A DNA stretch of 62,758 nt, the filler included, from Deltaproteobacteria bacterium (GTDB taxonomy: Bacteria; JAUYMQ01), in the NCBI GenBank assembly GCA_030698575.1. It is 10 parts of 10 records of this genome, joined end to end, with 100 filler letters (N's around TTAATTAATTAA, not from the genome) between each part and the next. Parts side by side here need not be neighbours in the genome. Positions count along the whole stretch, not along the records: positions 1 to 14,731 come from JAUYMQ010000278.1; 9 more parts are not named here. The stretch is one strand, 5' to 3'. This document shows positions 1 through 12,207 of the stretch, one piece after another. The number at the start of each line of letters is the position of its first letter. Within the stretch, counting starts at the first letter, position 1. The position numbers and the translations under genes were made by a program. Under the pieces are notes generated by a model that was given only the letters and a program-made list of their open reading frames with translations, made no database searches and was not told the DNA's origin.

Positions 1-225
1 GGACGCCTCGTCGCTGCAGCCGAGCCCCTCGGCCACCCCCTTCGCGAAGATCGTTTTTCCCGCGCCCAGGTCTCCGATGAGCGCCACGACAGCGCCGGGG
101 TGGAGCCCCTCCCCGACACTTCGACCGAGGGCGCGGGTTTCGGCCTCGGAGCTTGTTTCAACCACGCGCTCGCCCAAGCCGCTCTGCGCGGGCGACTCTG
201 CTCCCGGAGCCCTGGAAGTCGGCAT
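1..225 (-). CDS. tsaE: tRNA t6A biosynthesis ATPase TsaE (5' part, cut by window edge)
   Basis: Hand translation MPTSRAPG...ETRALGRSVGEGLHPGAVVALIGDLGAGKTIFAKGVAEGLG; Walker A GDLGAGKT; follows nnr as usual. Confidence 0.9.
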   Translation of the reverse strand, partial: MPTSRAPGAESPAQSGLGERVVETSSEAETRALGRSVGEGLHPGAVVALIGDLGAGKTIFAKGVAEGLGCSDEAS

Positions 226-242
226 TTCGGAAATCGGCCTCG

Positions 243-1820
243 TCAGGACGGAACGCCGGCGCGGCCGGCCCTGAGCGCGTCGATGGTCGCGGGAATTCGC
301 TCGATGAGATCCGTGGCAAGCAGCCCGACCCGCCCGTGCTCGGCCGCCGCCCTGTCGCCCGCCAGCCCGTGCAGGTAGACGCCGAGACAGGCGGCGTCGA
401 ACGGCGCGACGCCTTGCGCGAGGAAGCCGCCGATCATCCCCGACAGCGCATCGCCCATTCCGCCGGAGGCCATGCCGGGGTTGCCCGTCATGTTAACGCG
501 CAACTCACCTCCCGGGTCCGCCACGACTGTGCGCGCGCCCTTCAGCACCACGACAACACCCTGCGCCTGGGCCAGGCCCCTTGCCGCGCCGAATCGATCG
601 GCGTTGACCGCGCTGCTGTCTGTGCCGAGGAGCCGCCCCATTTCGCCCGGATGCGGCGTCAGCACGCGCGGCCCCGGCGCGGCCCCGATAGCGTCGGGGC
701 GCCCGGCCAGTGCATTCAGCGCATCGGCGTCGAGCAGCATGGGCAGCGCCACCTCGCGCGCCATCGCAAGAACGAACTCGCGCGTTTCCGGATGCAGAGA
801 GAGTCCGGGGCCCACCGCCAGTGCGGTCTTCCCCTCGGCAAGAGAGGCCAGCCGCTCGCCCGCCTTTCGCCCCAGCGTCCGCGCGTCGGTCTCCGGCACC
901 CCCTCGCACATCACCTCGGTGAGCTTGGCGGAGAGCACGGGAATGAGGCTTTCCGGCGCCGCGAGCGTAACCAGCCCGGTCCCGCACCGCATCGCTGCCT
1001 GCGCGGTCATGGCCGCCGCACCGGTCTTTCCCGGCGAGCCGGCCAGCACCAGCAGGTGCCCGAAGGTCCCCTTGTGGGCGTCCGGTGGACGGGGCGGAAG
1101 CGCTGCCAGCGCGTATGAAGGAGTGATGATCGCCTCGCGCAGGTTTGCGTCGGCGACGTAGGCCGCCGGGATGCCGATGTCCACCACGCGGAGTCTTCCC
1201 GCGAGCGCGGCCCCGGGAAAGAGCACGTGACCTCGCTTGGGCAGGCCGAAGGTCACCGTAAGGTCGGCCTCGACGGCACGACCGAGGACGGCCCCCGTCG
1301 TGGCGTCCACGCCCGTCGGGATGTCCACGGCCAGCACGCGGCGCCCCGGCCTGAGCGCGTTCATCAGATCGACCGCCGCACCGGCAAGCCCGGTCACCGG
1401 CCGCTCGAGCCCCGTCCCGAAAACGGCGTCGACAATCGCCGCGCACTGGGACAGCTCGCCTGCAATCCGCCGGAGGGCCGCCTCGTCGATGATATCGTTC
1501 ACGCGGACGCGCGCGCCGCGCGCCGCCTGCAGCATGCTGGCGGGATGCCCCGGGAGCGCGTCGGCCTTGCCGAGCAAAAGGGCGCGCGCCGGAGTTCCGG
1601 CGGCGACCAGGTGGCGCGCGACGACCAGTCCGTCACCGCCGTTGTTCCCCTTGCCGCAAAAGACCACGACCGCCTTGCCGGCCACCTCGGGGAACTCATC
1701 GAGAAACGCCCGGGCGGCTCCCTCGCCCGCCCGCTCCATGAGGATGTGCCCCGGGATCTCCGCCTCGCGGATGGTGCGCTCCTCGAGCGCGCGCATGTCA
1801 CTGGCGGTGGCGAGCTTCAT
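243..1820 (-). CDS. nnr: Bifunctional NAD(P)H-hydrate epimerase/dehydratase
   Basis: LMERAG, GKGNNGGDG, DAVFGTG, AVDIPTG, HKGTFG, DADAL, LTPHPGE, GGMGDALSG; start MKLATA at 1820 overlaps the acpS stop. Confidence 0.95.
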   Translation of the reverse strand: MKLATASDMRALEERTIREAEIPGHILMERAGEGAARAFLDEFPEVAGKAVVVFCGKGNNGGDGLVVARHLVAAGTPARALLLGKADALPGHPASMLQAARGARVRVNDIIDEAALRRIAGELSQCAAIVDAVFGTGLERPVTGLAGAAVDLMNALRPGRRVLAVDIPTGVDATTGAVLGRAVEADLTVTFGLPKRGHVLFPGAALAGRLRVVDIGIPAAYVADANLREAIITPSYALAALPPRPPDAHKGTFGHLLVLAGSPGKTGAAAMTAQAAMRCGTGLVTLAAPESLIPVLSAKLTEVMCEGVPETDARTLGRKAGERLASLAEGKTALAVGPGLSLHPETREFVLAMAREVALPMLLDADALNALAGRPDAIGAAPGPRVLTPHPGEMGRLLGTDSSAVNADRFGAARGLAQAQGVVVVLKGARTVVADPGGELRVNMTGNPGMASGGMGDALSGMIGGFLAQGVAPFDAACLGVYLHGLAGDRAAAEHGRVGLLATDLIERIPATIDALRAGRAGVPS

Positions 1821-2188
1821 TCCGGGGCTCCTTCGAAAACTACCGCGGCGGCGGCCATGCCGCCGTCGTGAGAAAGGGAGAGGAACGTGCTCGCCGCCGG
1901 GGGAGGCGTGATGTCGAGGCGGGGAGCACCGTCGCGCGAAGCACTCACGTTGAGGCTGCGAAGGGGGAAACCGGGAGATCCGAGCGCCCGGCGGGCCGCC
2001 AGTTTGGCGGCGAGCCGCGCGGCGAGATGCCTGGCGGGATCCCGGCGGCGGAAACAAGCCTCCCGCTCCTCCACCGTGAAAGCGCGCGCCAGGAAGCGCG
2101 CCTCGTGGAGGCGCAGCAGCCGCTCGACCCGGGCGATCTCGACAAGCACGACCGCGGCGCGAACTCCCGCGTCACCCAGCGTCCTCAC
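1817..2188 (-). CDS. acpS: Holo-ACP synthase (divergent)
   Basis: [28 protein letters not shown]; sits between pdxJ and nnr; the N-terminal GxD motif is degenerate. Confidence 0.75.
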   Translation of the reverse strand: MRTLGDAGVRAAVVLVEIARVERLLRLHEARFLARAFTVEEREACFRRRDPARHLAARLAAKLAARRALGSPGFPLRSLNVSASRDGAPRLDITPPPAASTFLSLSHDGGMAAAAVVFEGAPE

Positions 2189-2940
2189 CCTCCGGCGGCC
2201 CGCGCCGCCGTGATGAGCGCCTTCATCTCCGAGACGGCCCTTTCCAGGCCGACGAAGACCGCGCGAGAGACGAGGCTGTGGCCGATGTTGAACTCGACGA
2301 TCTCGGGGATGGCGGCCACCTCTCGCGCGTTCTGCAGGTTCAGGCCGTGCCCCGCGTGCACCTCGAGATCGAGCTTCGCAGCCGCCACCGCCCCCTGCCG
2401 GATGAGCGCCAGCTCGCGCCCCATGCCGGCGTCGTCGGGGGCGTCGCAGTAGCGGCCGGTGTGGATCTCGATGGAATTCGCGCCGGTCTCCCGCGCGCGC
2501 TCGATCTGTTCGGTGTCCGCATCGATGAAAATTCCCGTGTGGATGCCCGCCGCGACCAGCGCCGCCACGGCTTCCCGCACCGGCGCGAAGGCCGCGCGCA
2601 GATCCAGACCTCCCTCGGTGGTCACTTCCTCGCGACGCTCGGGAACAAGCGTCACGCTGTCGGGCCGGACCTCGAGAGCGAACCTCACCATTTCTGGAAC
2701 GGCCGCCAGCTCGAGGTTCAGGCGCGTCTGGACGATGCGGCGAAGGACCTGCACGTCGCGGTCCTGGATGTGACGCCGATCCTCGCGCAGATGAACCGTG
2801 ATGTTGTCGGCGCCGGCAAGTTCGGCGACAACGGCGGCCGCCACCGGATCGGGGTAGCGGATTCGGCGCGCCTGCCGGAGGGTGGCCACGTGATCAACGT
2901 TGACGCCGAGCCTCGCGGCGCCCGCCGTCTCGACTTTCAT
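2185..2940 (-). CDS. pdxJ: Pyridoxine 5'-phosphate synthase
   Basis: [45 protein letters not shown]. Confidence 0.97.
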   Translation of the reverse strand: MKVETAGAARLGVNVDHVATLRQARRIRYPDPVAAAVVAELAGADNITVHLREDRRHIQDRDVQVLRRIVQTRLNLELAAVPEMVRFALEVRPDSVTLVPERREEVTTEGGLDLRAAFAPVREAVAALVAAGIHTGIFIDADTEQIERARETGANSIEIHTGRYCDAPDDAGMGRELALIRQGAVAAAKLDLEVHAGHGLNLQNAREVAAIPEIVEFNIGHSLVSRAVFVGLERAVSEMKALITAARAAGG

Positions 2941-4391
2941 CTGACTACCTTCCTTTTGAGCCCGTCGGTGGCGGGCTCACCCGTCCCCACGCCGGCCGTG
3001 ATGCAATCCACGAGGTCCTCGGCCATCCGGCGGATCATCGCCTCGTCCTCTCCCTCGATCATCACGCGCACCACGGGCTCTGTGCCCGAGTAGCGGACAA
3101 GCAGTCGCCCCGCGTCGCCCAGCTCTTGCTCGACCTGCCGCATCGCCTCGTCGATCCTGGGGATCCCGTGGAGATCCAGGCGCTCGCGGACACGCGCGTT
3201 CAGGAGGATCTGCGGCACCCGCGTGAGCACGCCGGCAAGTTCCGAGAGCGGGCGCTGCCGCTTCTGCATGATCGCGAGGAGCTGGAGCGCGCTTATCATC
3301 CCGTCGCCGGTCGTGTTGTGATCGAGGAAAATGAGGTGCCCCGATTGTTCGCCGCCGAAGTTGTAGCCGCCACGGACCATCTCCTCCACCACGTACCGAT
3401 CGCCCACCTGGCTGCGGATCATCTTGCCCCCCGCCTCGCGGATGGAACGCTCGAGCCCCAGATTGCTCATGACGGTGGCCACGACGGTGTTCTTGGCCAG
3501 GGCTCCCTCGCGCATCAGCTCCAGGCCGCAGATGGCCATGATCGCGTCACCGTCCACCAGCGCGCCCTTCTCGTCGACGAAGATCGCCCGATCGGCGTCC
3601 CCGTCCAGCGCAATGCCGAGATCGGCGCCGTGCTTCAGGACCGCGGCGGACACCACTTCGGGATGCAGCGAGCCGCAGTCGCGGTTGATGTTCTCGCCGT
3701 CGGGCTCGACGCCGAGGTGGATGACCTCGGCCCCCAGCTCTTCGAGCACCGCCGGTGCAACGCGAAACGCCGCGCCGTTGGCGCAATCGAGCGCGATGGT
3801 CATCCCGTCGAGGGTGAGAGTCTTCGGGAACGTGTTCTTCAGGAAGACGATGTAGCGCCCCCGCGAATCCTCGATCTTGTAGGCCTTGCCGAGCTGCGTC
3901 GCCGTCGGCCGGTGCCCGTCCAGCCCGTCACCGAAGATCAGCTCCTCCATCTGGATCTCCAGATCGTCCGGAAGCTTGAAGCCGTCGCGCGAGAAGAACT
4001 TGATCCCGTTGTCCTGGAACGGATTGTGCGACGCCGAGATGACGATCCCCGCATCGGCGCGCATGCTGCTCGTGAGAAAGGCGATGCCCGGCGTGGGCAT
4101 CGGCCCGACGAGGAGCGCATCGACGCCCATCGACACGATGCCCGACGAGAGCGCGTTTTCGATCATGTAGCCCGAGAGGCGGGTGTCCTTGCCGATGAGA
4201 ATCTGGTGGTGCCGGTGCCCGGGGCGGGCGCTCTGCCGGAACAGGTATGCTGCCGCCCGGCCGACCTGGATCGCCATCTCGCTCGTCATCGGGTGGACGT
4301 TGGCCACCCCGCGGATGCCGTCGGTGCCGAAGAGCCTCCGCTTGCCCGCCGGGGCCGCGTTTCCCTGCCGCCTGTTGCCTTTCGCCGCCAT
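2937..4391 (-). CDS. glmM: Phosphoglucosamine mutase
   Basis: [34 protein letters not shown]. Confidence 0.97.
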   Translation of the reverse strand: MAAKGNRRQGNAAPAGKRRLFGTDGIRGVANVHPMTSEMAIQVGRAAAYLFRQSARPGHRHHQILIGKDTRLSGYMIENALSSGIVSMGVDALLVGPMPTPGIAFLTSSMRADAGIVISASHNPFQDNGIKFFSRDGFKLPDDLEIQMEELIFGDGLDGHRPTATQLGKAYKIEDSRGRYIVFLKNTFPKTLTLDGMTIALDCANGAAFRVAPAVLEELGAEVIHLGVEPDGENINRDCGSLHPEVVSAAVLKHGADLGIALDGDADRAIFVDEKGALVDGDAIMAICGLELMREGALAKNTVVATVMSNLGLERSIREAGGKMIRSQVGDRYVVEEMVRGGYNFGGEQSGHLIFLDHNTTGDGMISALQLLAIMQKRQRPLSELAGVLTRVPQILLNARVRERLDLHGIPRIDEAMRQVEQELGDAGRLLVRYSGTEPVVRVMIEGEDEAMIRRMAEDLVDCITAGVGTGEPATDGLKRKVVR

Positions 4392-4405
4392 TCGAATGAA
4401 ATCTC

Positions 4406-5125
4406 CTATCTAGAGGCGCGCCTCGCGGTTTTATCCTTGTCCTGCTTCTCGCCTTCGTCGGCAGGGGCAGGCACGGCCTCGATGGTCACGCTCACCTTCA
4501 CCGTGACGTCCTCCGCCACCATGACCGTCTTCTTCCCTGTGTCGGCCAGCGGCACCTCGCGCTGAAGGCTCTCGGACCGCCCGCTCACATCCACCGGCCG
4601 TGTGGGCACTCCTTCCAGCGCCGCCACCTCGCTCCGCGCCCCCTCCACCATCACGGTAGAGGGCTGCTTTCGCACGCCGGTCACACGGAAGCCCGACGCC
4701 GGGTCGCCGCTCAGGACCGTCAGGATGGGCATCCGCTTTCGCTCCTTCCGCTCCACCTTGACGGAGACGATCGGAGGGGTGATGCGCACGACTTCCAGCT
4801 CACCCGGCAGGCCCAGGTGGTCCTTCGATATCTGGAGGATCTGCTCGCCCTCCCGCTCGTTCGAGAGCGGAATGCGCGCTACCACGTCTGCCGGCAGAAA
4901 ACGGCGAAGGAGAATCGGCGTTCCCGTGACAGCCACCTTCACGGTCAGCACGCTCTGGTCCATGATGAACGAGCCGGGCCCCGGCGCCACGCGCACCGGA
5001 ACCTCGAAGGTCTGATCGACGATCTGATCGCCCTGGAAAACGACTATCCAGAGAACTAACGCGAGGAAAAGCGAAAGGATCTTGAGGCCTGTGTTCTTGA
5101 CAACGAGTTCACGCAGCCATGCCAT
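4406..5125 (-). CDS. cdaR: YbbR/CdaR-like regulator of diadenylate cyclase
   Basis: N-terminal TM ([12 protein letters not shown]), two YbbR-like beta repeats, position between dacA and glmM. Confidence 0.85.
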   Translation of the reverse strand: MAWLRELVVKNTGLKILSLFLALVLWIVVFQGDQIVDQTFEVPVRVAPGPGSFIMDQSVLTVKVAVTGTPILLRRFLPADVVARIPLSNEREGEQILQISKDHLGLPGELEVVRITPPIVSVKVERKERKRMPILTVLSGDPASGFRVTGVRKQPSTVMVEGARSEVAALEGVPTRPVDVSGRSESLQREVPLADTGKKTVMVAEDVTVKVSVTIEAVPAPADEGEKQDKDKTARRASR

Positions 5126-5130
5126 TCGCT

Positions 5131-6006
5131 TCAGCTCCCCTCGCGATCGCCTGCGACCTGGGCCTCCGCAGCCTTGAGGCCGGCAGCACCGACCTCCTGC
5201 GGCGGATCTTCCTGCCCCTTCGCCTGATCCTTCAACTTGCGGCCAAGCGCATCCGTCAGCAGGCTCCGGAGGGCGTTCACGTCGGCGGCCACCTCGATCA
5301 CGCCGCCCTCCACGACGGACATGTTGCTGGTCTGCTCCGAGACCACGACAACGACCGCATCGGTCTCCTCGGTCAGCCCGATGGCCGCGCGGTGCCGCGT
5401 GCCCAGCTCGCGATCGACGTCAGGATTGCGCGTGAGCGGGAGCAGGCAACCCGCGGCCACAATGCGCCCGCGCTGCACCAGAACCGCACCGTCGTGGAGC
5501 GGCGAGCCGGGCATGAAGATCGACACGAGCAGATCGCGGACGACCTTGGCGTCCAGCGGCTGCCCGCCCTCCAGGTGATTCTCGAGGGCTGTTTCGCGCT
5601 CCAGCACGATGAGCGCGCCGATGCGCTTGTTCGCGCAGGACTGGGAGGCCCGGACCACTTCCTCGAGCACCTGCGTTTCCTCACCCCGCCCCAGCTGCGG
5701 GAAGAAAACGCCCCGACCCACCTTCGCGAGCGCCCGGCGGATATCGTGCTGGAATATGACGACGATCAAGATCGCAAAGGAGCCGAGGAAGTTGTCCAGC
5801 ACCCACTGGGTCGTGAACAGCTGGAAGTACTGCGAGATCACGAGCACCGCGACGATGAGAAACAGGCCCACGAGCATCTGGAAGGCCCGGGTACCACGAA
5901 TGAGCAAAAGCAGGGAGTAGATCCCCAGGGCGACGATGAGGATATCGACGGCGTCCTTCACCGAAAACGCCACGTAGATGTCGTTCAAGTAGGTCCACAC
6001 GCCCAT
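5131..6006 (-). CDS. dacA: Membrane-bound diadenylate cyclase CdaA/DacA
   Basis: Three TM helices, IGALIV, PLHDGA, GTRHRAA, VVSEQT. Confidence 0.95.
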   Translation of the reverse strand: MGVWTYLNDIYVAFSVKDAVDILIVALGIYSLLLLIRGTRAFQMLVGLFLIVAVLVISQYFQLFTTQWVLDNFLGSFAILIVVIFQHDIRRALAKVGRGVFFPQLGRGEETQVLEEVVRASQSCANKRIGALIVLERETALENHLEGGQPLDAKVVRDLLVSIFMPGSPLHDGAVLVQRGRIVAAGCLLPLTRNPDVDRELGTRHRAAIGLTEETDAVVVVVSEQTSNMSVVEGGVIEVAADVNALRSLLTDALGRKLKDQAKGQEDPPQEVGAAGLKAAEAQVAGDREGS

Positions 6007-6953
6007 TAGATCTCCCCGCCGGCGTCGCGCACCGCCTCGGCGATGCGGAGCCCGGCCAGGATCGGCGCCACTTCGTGCACCCGCACCATTCCGGCGCCGA
6101 GCAGGGCCGCGATAGCGCAGGCCGCGGCAGTTCCCGGAAGCCGTTCCTCGACCGCCAGGCCGGCAACCTCGCCTATGAAGGACTTGCGCGACGGTCCCAC
6201 CAGGATCGGCCGCCCGAGCGTTTGCAGTTCGCCCAGATGGCGTAGCGCCTCCAGCGTGTGGGCGGTGCGCTTTCCGAATCCGAGTCCGGGATCGAGAATG
6301 ATCCGCTCGCGATCCACCCCGCGCGCCTCAGCCAGCGCCATCGCACCGGCGAGCCCGTCGATCACCTCCGCCATCACTCCTCCGGGGTAGTGCGCTTCAT
6401 CGTACATGCGGCCGGGGCGCCCCTTCATGTGCATAAGGACGAGCCCCGCTTCCCGACGCGCGGCCACGTCGGCCACACCGGGATCGATGGCCAGGGCGCC
6501 CACGACGTTCACCAGCTTCGCCCCGGCGCGCAGGGCCGCTTCGGCTACTTCCGACTTCGTCGTGTCGATCGAGATCGGGACCTGCAGCTCAGCCGCAAGC
6601 CGCTCCACCACGGGAACGATCCGGGCGCATTCCTCGGCGGCGCTCACCGGTTGGGCGCCGGGGCGGGTCGACTCGCCCCCGACGTCAATGACATCCGCCC
6701 CCTCTTCCGCAAGGCGCCTTGCCTGCGAAAGTGCATCTGCGGGCGCCAGGAACCGCCCGCCGTCGGAAAACGAATCCGGTGTGACGTTTACGACGCCCAT
6801 GACAAGCGTGCGCCCGTCGAATCGGAGCTCCCCGCCGCGAAATTTGACGGTAAAGCGCCGGCGCGAGGACTCGCCCGGGCTGACTGTCTCGAGAAGACGA
6901 TTGGGGGTGGGCATTGCTCCGCCATCTCCGTGGCCCGGCGACGCGTCGCGCAT
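6006..6953 (-). CDS. folP: Dihydropteroate synthase (start may be 6914)
   Basis: NVTPDSFSDGG, GGESTRPG, SIDT, DPGLGFGK, SRKSF, RVHEV. Confidence 0.96.
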   Translation of the reverse strand: MRDASPGHGDGGAMPTPNRLLETVSPGESSRRRFTVKFRGGELRFDGRTLVMGVVNVTPDSFSDGGRFLAPADALSQARRLAEEGADVIDVGGESTRPGAQPVSAAEECARIVPVVERLAAELQVPISIDTTKSEVAEAALRAGAKLVNVVGALAIDPGVADVAARREAGLVLMHMKGRPGRMYDEAHYPGGVMAEVIDGLAGAMALAEARGVDRERIILDPGLGFGKRTAHTLEALRHLGELQTLGRPILVGPSRKSFIGEVAGLAVEERLPGTAAACAIAALLGAGMVRVHEVAPILAGLRIAEAVRDAGGEI

Positions 6954-6984
6954 GCCAGGCGGGACACCCGGGAGGCGGGGGGGA

Positions 6985-8883
<1,899 letters not shown>

Positions 8884-9006
8884 AAGGTACCTCCCGGGGG
8901 CCGGGCGCCGGCCGGGTGATCCGGCGCTGAACCCCTCAGGGACTATCGGCCCCCGCGCAGCTTCTGATTAGCTGTCGAAGAGGCTAAAAACCCCTGAAAA
9001 TGCTTC

Positions 9007-9035
9007 ACATTAGCACGCTCCCTGGTGCCCATCAA
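9007..9035 (-). promoter_or_regulatory. Candidate sigma70 promoter for ftsH
   Basis: Minus strand TTGATG-17 nt-TAATGT with extended TG, in the tilS-ftsH spacer. Confidence 0.4.
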
Positions 9036-9054
9036 CTCGTAAATCGCCGCGCCG

Positions 9055-10461
9055 TCAGGGATTTCCATCCGATGTGGCCGCATCAGAGCCCGGTAACGGG
9101 CCGCGCAGCGTGAGAAAGAGCCGCCGACGCGTCGCCCCGGTGGGCTTGCCCCGTTCCGAGGCCCGCAAGCCGGCCACCCAGATGATCTCGTCGCCGGCGA
9201 CCACGATCGGGACGCGGTCCCGCTCGGCACGCGGGACGTCCGCATCGATCAGAACATCCTTCAGCTTCCGCCAGTGGCCGAAGCCCCGGGGCCGCATCCG
9301 GTCGCCGGGTCGCCGCGAACGCACGCGGAGCGGGCCGCCCAGTGTGTCGAGATCGAAGAGCGCTCCGCCTGCGGCATCGGGCAGTGGCGCATCGGCTTCG
9401 AGAACCGTCGCTTCGAGAATGCGCCCGTCCCCGAGGGAAAGGACGCCCGGCGCCGGGAGCAACCGGTCGCGCCCTCGGGGAACATCCGGCCGTCCAACGC
9501 GAAGGCCCGAATGATCCCAGGCCAGCCGCAGACCGCCACCGAGATCGATCCCGCCGGGGGTCGAGCCGGGGCCGAGATGATCCTCCACGCGCGCAACGGC
9601 CTCCGAAACGCGTTCCGCCCCGAGCCCGGCGCCCGCCAGGAGCGAGAGGAGGACGCGCGTCCGGATCGCCTCCGGGAGCTTTGCAAAGGCCGCGAGATCA
9701 GGTCCGTCCGGGTCCGCGCCCGCGGCGACGGCATCCAGCCACGGCTTCCCGGCCAGGCGCGCCTCGCCTGAAAGATAGGTCTCGTCGGCCCGCAGCCTGT
9801 CGGCCAACCGGGCCAGGTGCTCGGTCGACCGGGGTGCCAGCGCCTCCAGCAGCGGGAGCAGTTCGTGACGCACCCGGTTGCGCAGGAAGCGCGGGTCGCG
9901 GTTCGTCGCGTCTTCGCGGGAGGCGACACCGGCGCGCTCCAGGTAGGCCACCGCCTCCTGGCGACGCGCGAGAATGAGCGGCCGGATGACGCCGTCGCGA
10001 CGCCTGGGCAGGATGCCCGCAAGCCCGCGCGGCCCGCTCCCGCGCAGCAACCTGAGAATCACCGTCTCGGCCTGGTCGTCCAGCGTGTGCCCGGTGGCGA
10101 TTCGCGCAGCGCCTGCTTCAGCGGCGACGCGGCGAAGAAAGGCGTAGCGCCGCTCCCGGGCCCGCGCCTCGACACCCGGTCCCTCGAGATCGCCCGGCGC
10201 CAGGCGCTCGACGTGGAACGGAACGCCGGCCTGCTTCGCGTAGGCCTCCACCAGGGCGAGATCCTTGTCGGCGTCCGCGCCGCGAAGCGCGTGGTGCAGG
10301 TGCGCGGCGTGTAGCTGCCAGCGCTCTTCCCTCCCCAGAATCAGGAGAACGTGCAGGAGCGCCATCGAATCGGGGCCGCCCGAAACAGCCACGACGACAC
10401 GGTCGCCCTGCGCGAGCATTCCATAGCGCCTCACGGCGCGCATCACCTGTCCAGGCAGCAT
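9055..10461 (-). CDS. tilS: tRNA(Ile)-lysidine synthase
   Basis: SGGPDS, GHTLDDQAET, IRPL, EDATN, RNRVR; TilS C-terminal domain (GDRM, KLKDVLID). Confidence 0.95.
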   Translation of the reverse strand: MLPGQVMRAVRRYGMLAQGDRVVVAVSGGPDSMALLHVLLILGREERWQLHAAHLHHALRGADADKDLALVEAYAKQAGVPFHVERLAPGDLEGPGVEARARERRYAFLRRVAAEAGAARIATGHTLDDQAETVILRLLRGSGPRGLAGILPRRRDGVIRPLILARRQEAVAYLERAGVASREDATNRDPRFLRNRVRHELLPLLEALAPRSTEHLARLADRLRADETYLSGEARLAGKPWLDAVAAGADPDGPDLAAFAKLPEAIRTRVLLSLLAGAGLGAERVSEAVARVEDHLGPGSTPGGIDLGGGLRLAWDHSGLRVGRPDVPRGRDRLLPAPGVLSLGDGRILEATVLEADAPLPDAAGGALFDLDTLGGPLRVRSRRPGDRMRPRGFGHWRKLKDVLIDADVPRAERDRVPIVVAGDEIIWVAGLRASERGKPTGATRRRLFLTLRGPLPGSDAATSDGNP

Positions 10462-10488
10462 GCCTTCAGTCTAGCAGACTCCCCCAAC

Positions 10489-10518
10489 GAGACACGGCCC
10501 CAGGCGGGGCCGCGTCTC
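10489..10518 (-). terminator. GC-rich hairpin downstream of tRNA-Met (possible terminator or processing site)
   Basis: gagacacggcccc-aggc-ggggccgcgtctc, 13-bp stem with one G-U pair on the minus strand; no clear U-tract. Confidence 0.35.
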
Positions 10519-10673
10519 CGGGTGATTGCCTCTGGTGCAGGCTTGGGTCGCGGGAGGGCGACCTGCCATCTGTCGGAGGGTAAGTGGTGCCGCACGCCCC
10601 GTGGTGTCATGAAAAGTTCAAGAAAGGTGCGACGTCACCGATGGCCCATCGCCACTCGAACGATGACTCAAAA

Positions 10674-10749
10674 TGGTGGCTGCGGGTGGAATCGAACCAC
10701 CGACCTAGGGATTATGAGTCCCTCGCTCTAACCACTGAGCTACGCAGCC
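10674..10749 (-). tRNA. tRNA-Met (elongator), anticodon CAT
   Basis: Reverse complement GGCTGCGTAGCTCAGTGGTTAGAGCGAGGGACTCATAATCCCTAGGTCGGTGGTTCGATTCCACCCGCAGCCACCA; full cloverleaf with CCA; GGCT acceptor and paired 1-72 fit elongator Met. Confidence 0.93.
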
Positions 10750-10853
10750 GTAACGATTTCCGCTTTCCTTGCGGGTCCTTAGAACTCCCGTTCTCAAGCC
10801 CGGTACAAGCGGGACCGCCAGATCAAGCAGAAGGCCCGCAAAATGCCAAGCAA

Positions 10854-11987
10854 CTAGCGGCGCTGCAAGGAAATTATCTGCGCCCCGTCCCGGCCTCTGA
10901 GCGCATCCTGGGCCGCCTTCCCGAACCCTGCCTTCCGCAAGGCTTCCCGCTGGGCCCGTACGTCCGCGTGCAGGTAGCGCTCCGTCACGAGCGGCGAGGA
11001 ATGGCCCATCATTGCCTGCACGTCCCGCAGCGGGGCGATCTGCGCCATCGTCGTCCCGAAACTGTGTCGGGCCGCGTGGACGAGCTTCCCCTTGCGGTAG
11101 ACCCCCGCCTCCTGGGCCGCTTGCCGGAGGAACTTCGTCGGGTTTCGGAACCGCTCACCGTGGCGCCCAGGAATGACCCAAGGCGACTTCACATCGAGGC
11201 CGATCTGATATTCCTCCAGGATCGCCCACGTCTCCCGGTCCAGGAGAGCCACGCGCCGCTGGCGGTTCTTCGGGCTCCACGTCTCTGCGCCGTCCTGCTT
11301 CGGACGAACGTGAACGAGGATCGTACCGTCAGGATCGTCCTTCGCCGCCTCAAGGTCGTCCCAGCGCAACCAAGCGATTTCCTGATAGCGAAGCCCCGCT
11401 GCGAAGGCAAGCAGGTAGTAGGCGCGGGCCCGAGGGTCCAAGGGCTTGGAAATGAGCGCCGCCTGCTCCTCGAATGTGTAGGGCTCGGGCTCGGGAAGCG
11501 CGTCGGTCCTGAGCAGTTCGAGACCAGCCGGTAGCTCGCCGATCAGCTTTCCCTTTCGTGCGTGGTTCAGGAGCCCCTTCAAAGCGCGCAGCTCCCGGTT
11601 GATGCTGTAGGGGGACATGCCCGCGTCGAGCCGTTCCTGCTTGTACGTATTCAGATCGTCCCGGATGAGCGCGTTCAAGGGGGTGTTTCCGAACCGGCGA
11701 ATGACATTCCCCAAGCTGTACGCCGCGCTCCGTTGCGTGGACAGCTTGCGCCCGTTGCTCTTGAGCGCGTCGAGGTAGAGCGAGCGGTACTCCTTCACCG
11801 TGGGCATCTTGGCCTTCTCAAGCACGTCTCCCCGCAGCGCCGCCTCTCGCGCCTCGAGGAAGATCGTCCGCGCTTCGGCGTAGATCTTCGCCCCCGAGCT
11901 GCGCTGGACGCGCCGCCCGTCCGGGAAGGTGATCTGGAAGTACCAGTAGTCCCGCCGTCCCTGCCAAAGTCCCTTGAGTCGTCGCAT
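10854..11987 (-). CDS. Tyrosine recombinase/phage integrase
   Basis: Arm-binding-like N-terminus (WYFQIT...RVQRSSG), GLRYQEI, HAARH, MGHSS, RYLH catalytic set. Confidence 0.93.
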   Translation of the reverse strand: MRRLKGLWQGRRDYWYFQITFPDGRRVQRSSGAKIYAEARTIFLEAREAALRGDVLEKAKMPTVKEYRSLYLDALKSNGRKLSTQRSAAYSLGNVIRRFGNTPLNALIRDDLNTYKQERLDAGMSPYSINRELRALKGLLNHARKGKLIGELPAGLELLRTDALPEPEPYTFEEQAALISKPLDPRARAYYLLAFAAGLRYQEIAWLRWDDLEAAKDDPDGTILVHVRPKQDGAETWSPKNRQRRVALLDRETWAILEEYQIGLDVKSPWVIPGRHGERFRNPTKFLRQAAQEAGVYRKGKLVHAARHSFGTTMAQIAPLRDVQAMMGHSSPLVTERYLHADVRAQREALRKAGFGKAAQDALRGRDGAQIISLQRR

Positions 11988-12015
11988 CGTTCACCTCCGA
12001 ATAAAGAGCCCCCCG

Positions 12016-12165
12016 TCAGCCGTCCCCGTTCGGCCCCTGGACGCCCCGCGGCGCCGGCGGGATCTTGTCGCGCTGGCGCCGGCAGTAGGCCGTTAGCATT
12101 CGGTCCACGAGAATCGGGGCGGGCACGTGCTCGCCCTGCGCCAGAACTTCGACCGCGTAGACCAT
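12016..12165 (-). pseudogene. 5'-truncated paralog of the 81-aa ORF at 12789-13034
   Basis: Hand translation MVYAVEVLAQGEHVPAPILVDRMLTAYCRRQRDKIPPAPRGVQGPNGDG; 34/50 identities by hand alignment; in-frame stop just upstream. Confidence 0.7.
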
Positions 12166-12207
12166 CCACCGTCGTGAACGCGATCACTTTTCGGTCTACC
12201 CAGACTC

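Noticed and set aside
9055-10749. tilS next to a CAT tRNA as an enzyme-substrate pair
   Set aside because: This tRNA has an elongator-Met acceptor stem. The Ile2-type tRNA is at 50414-50490 on another contig.
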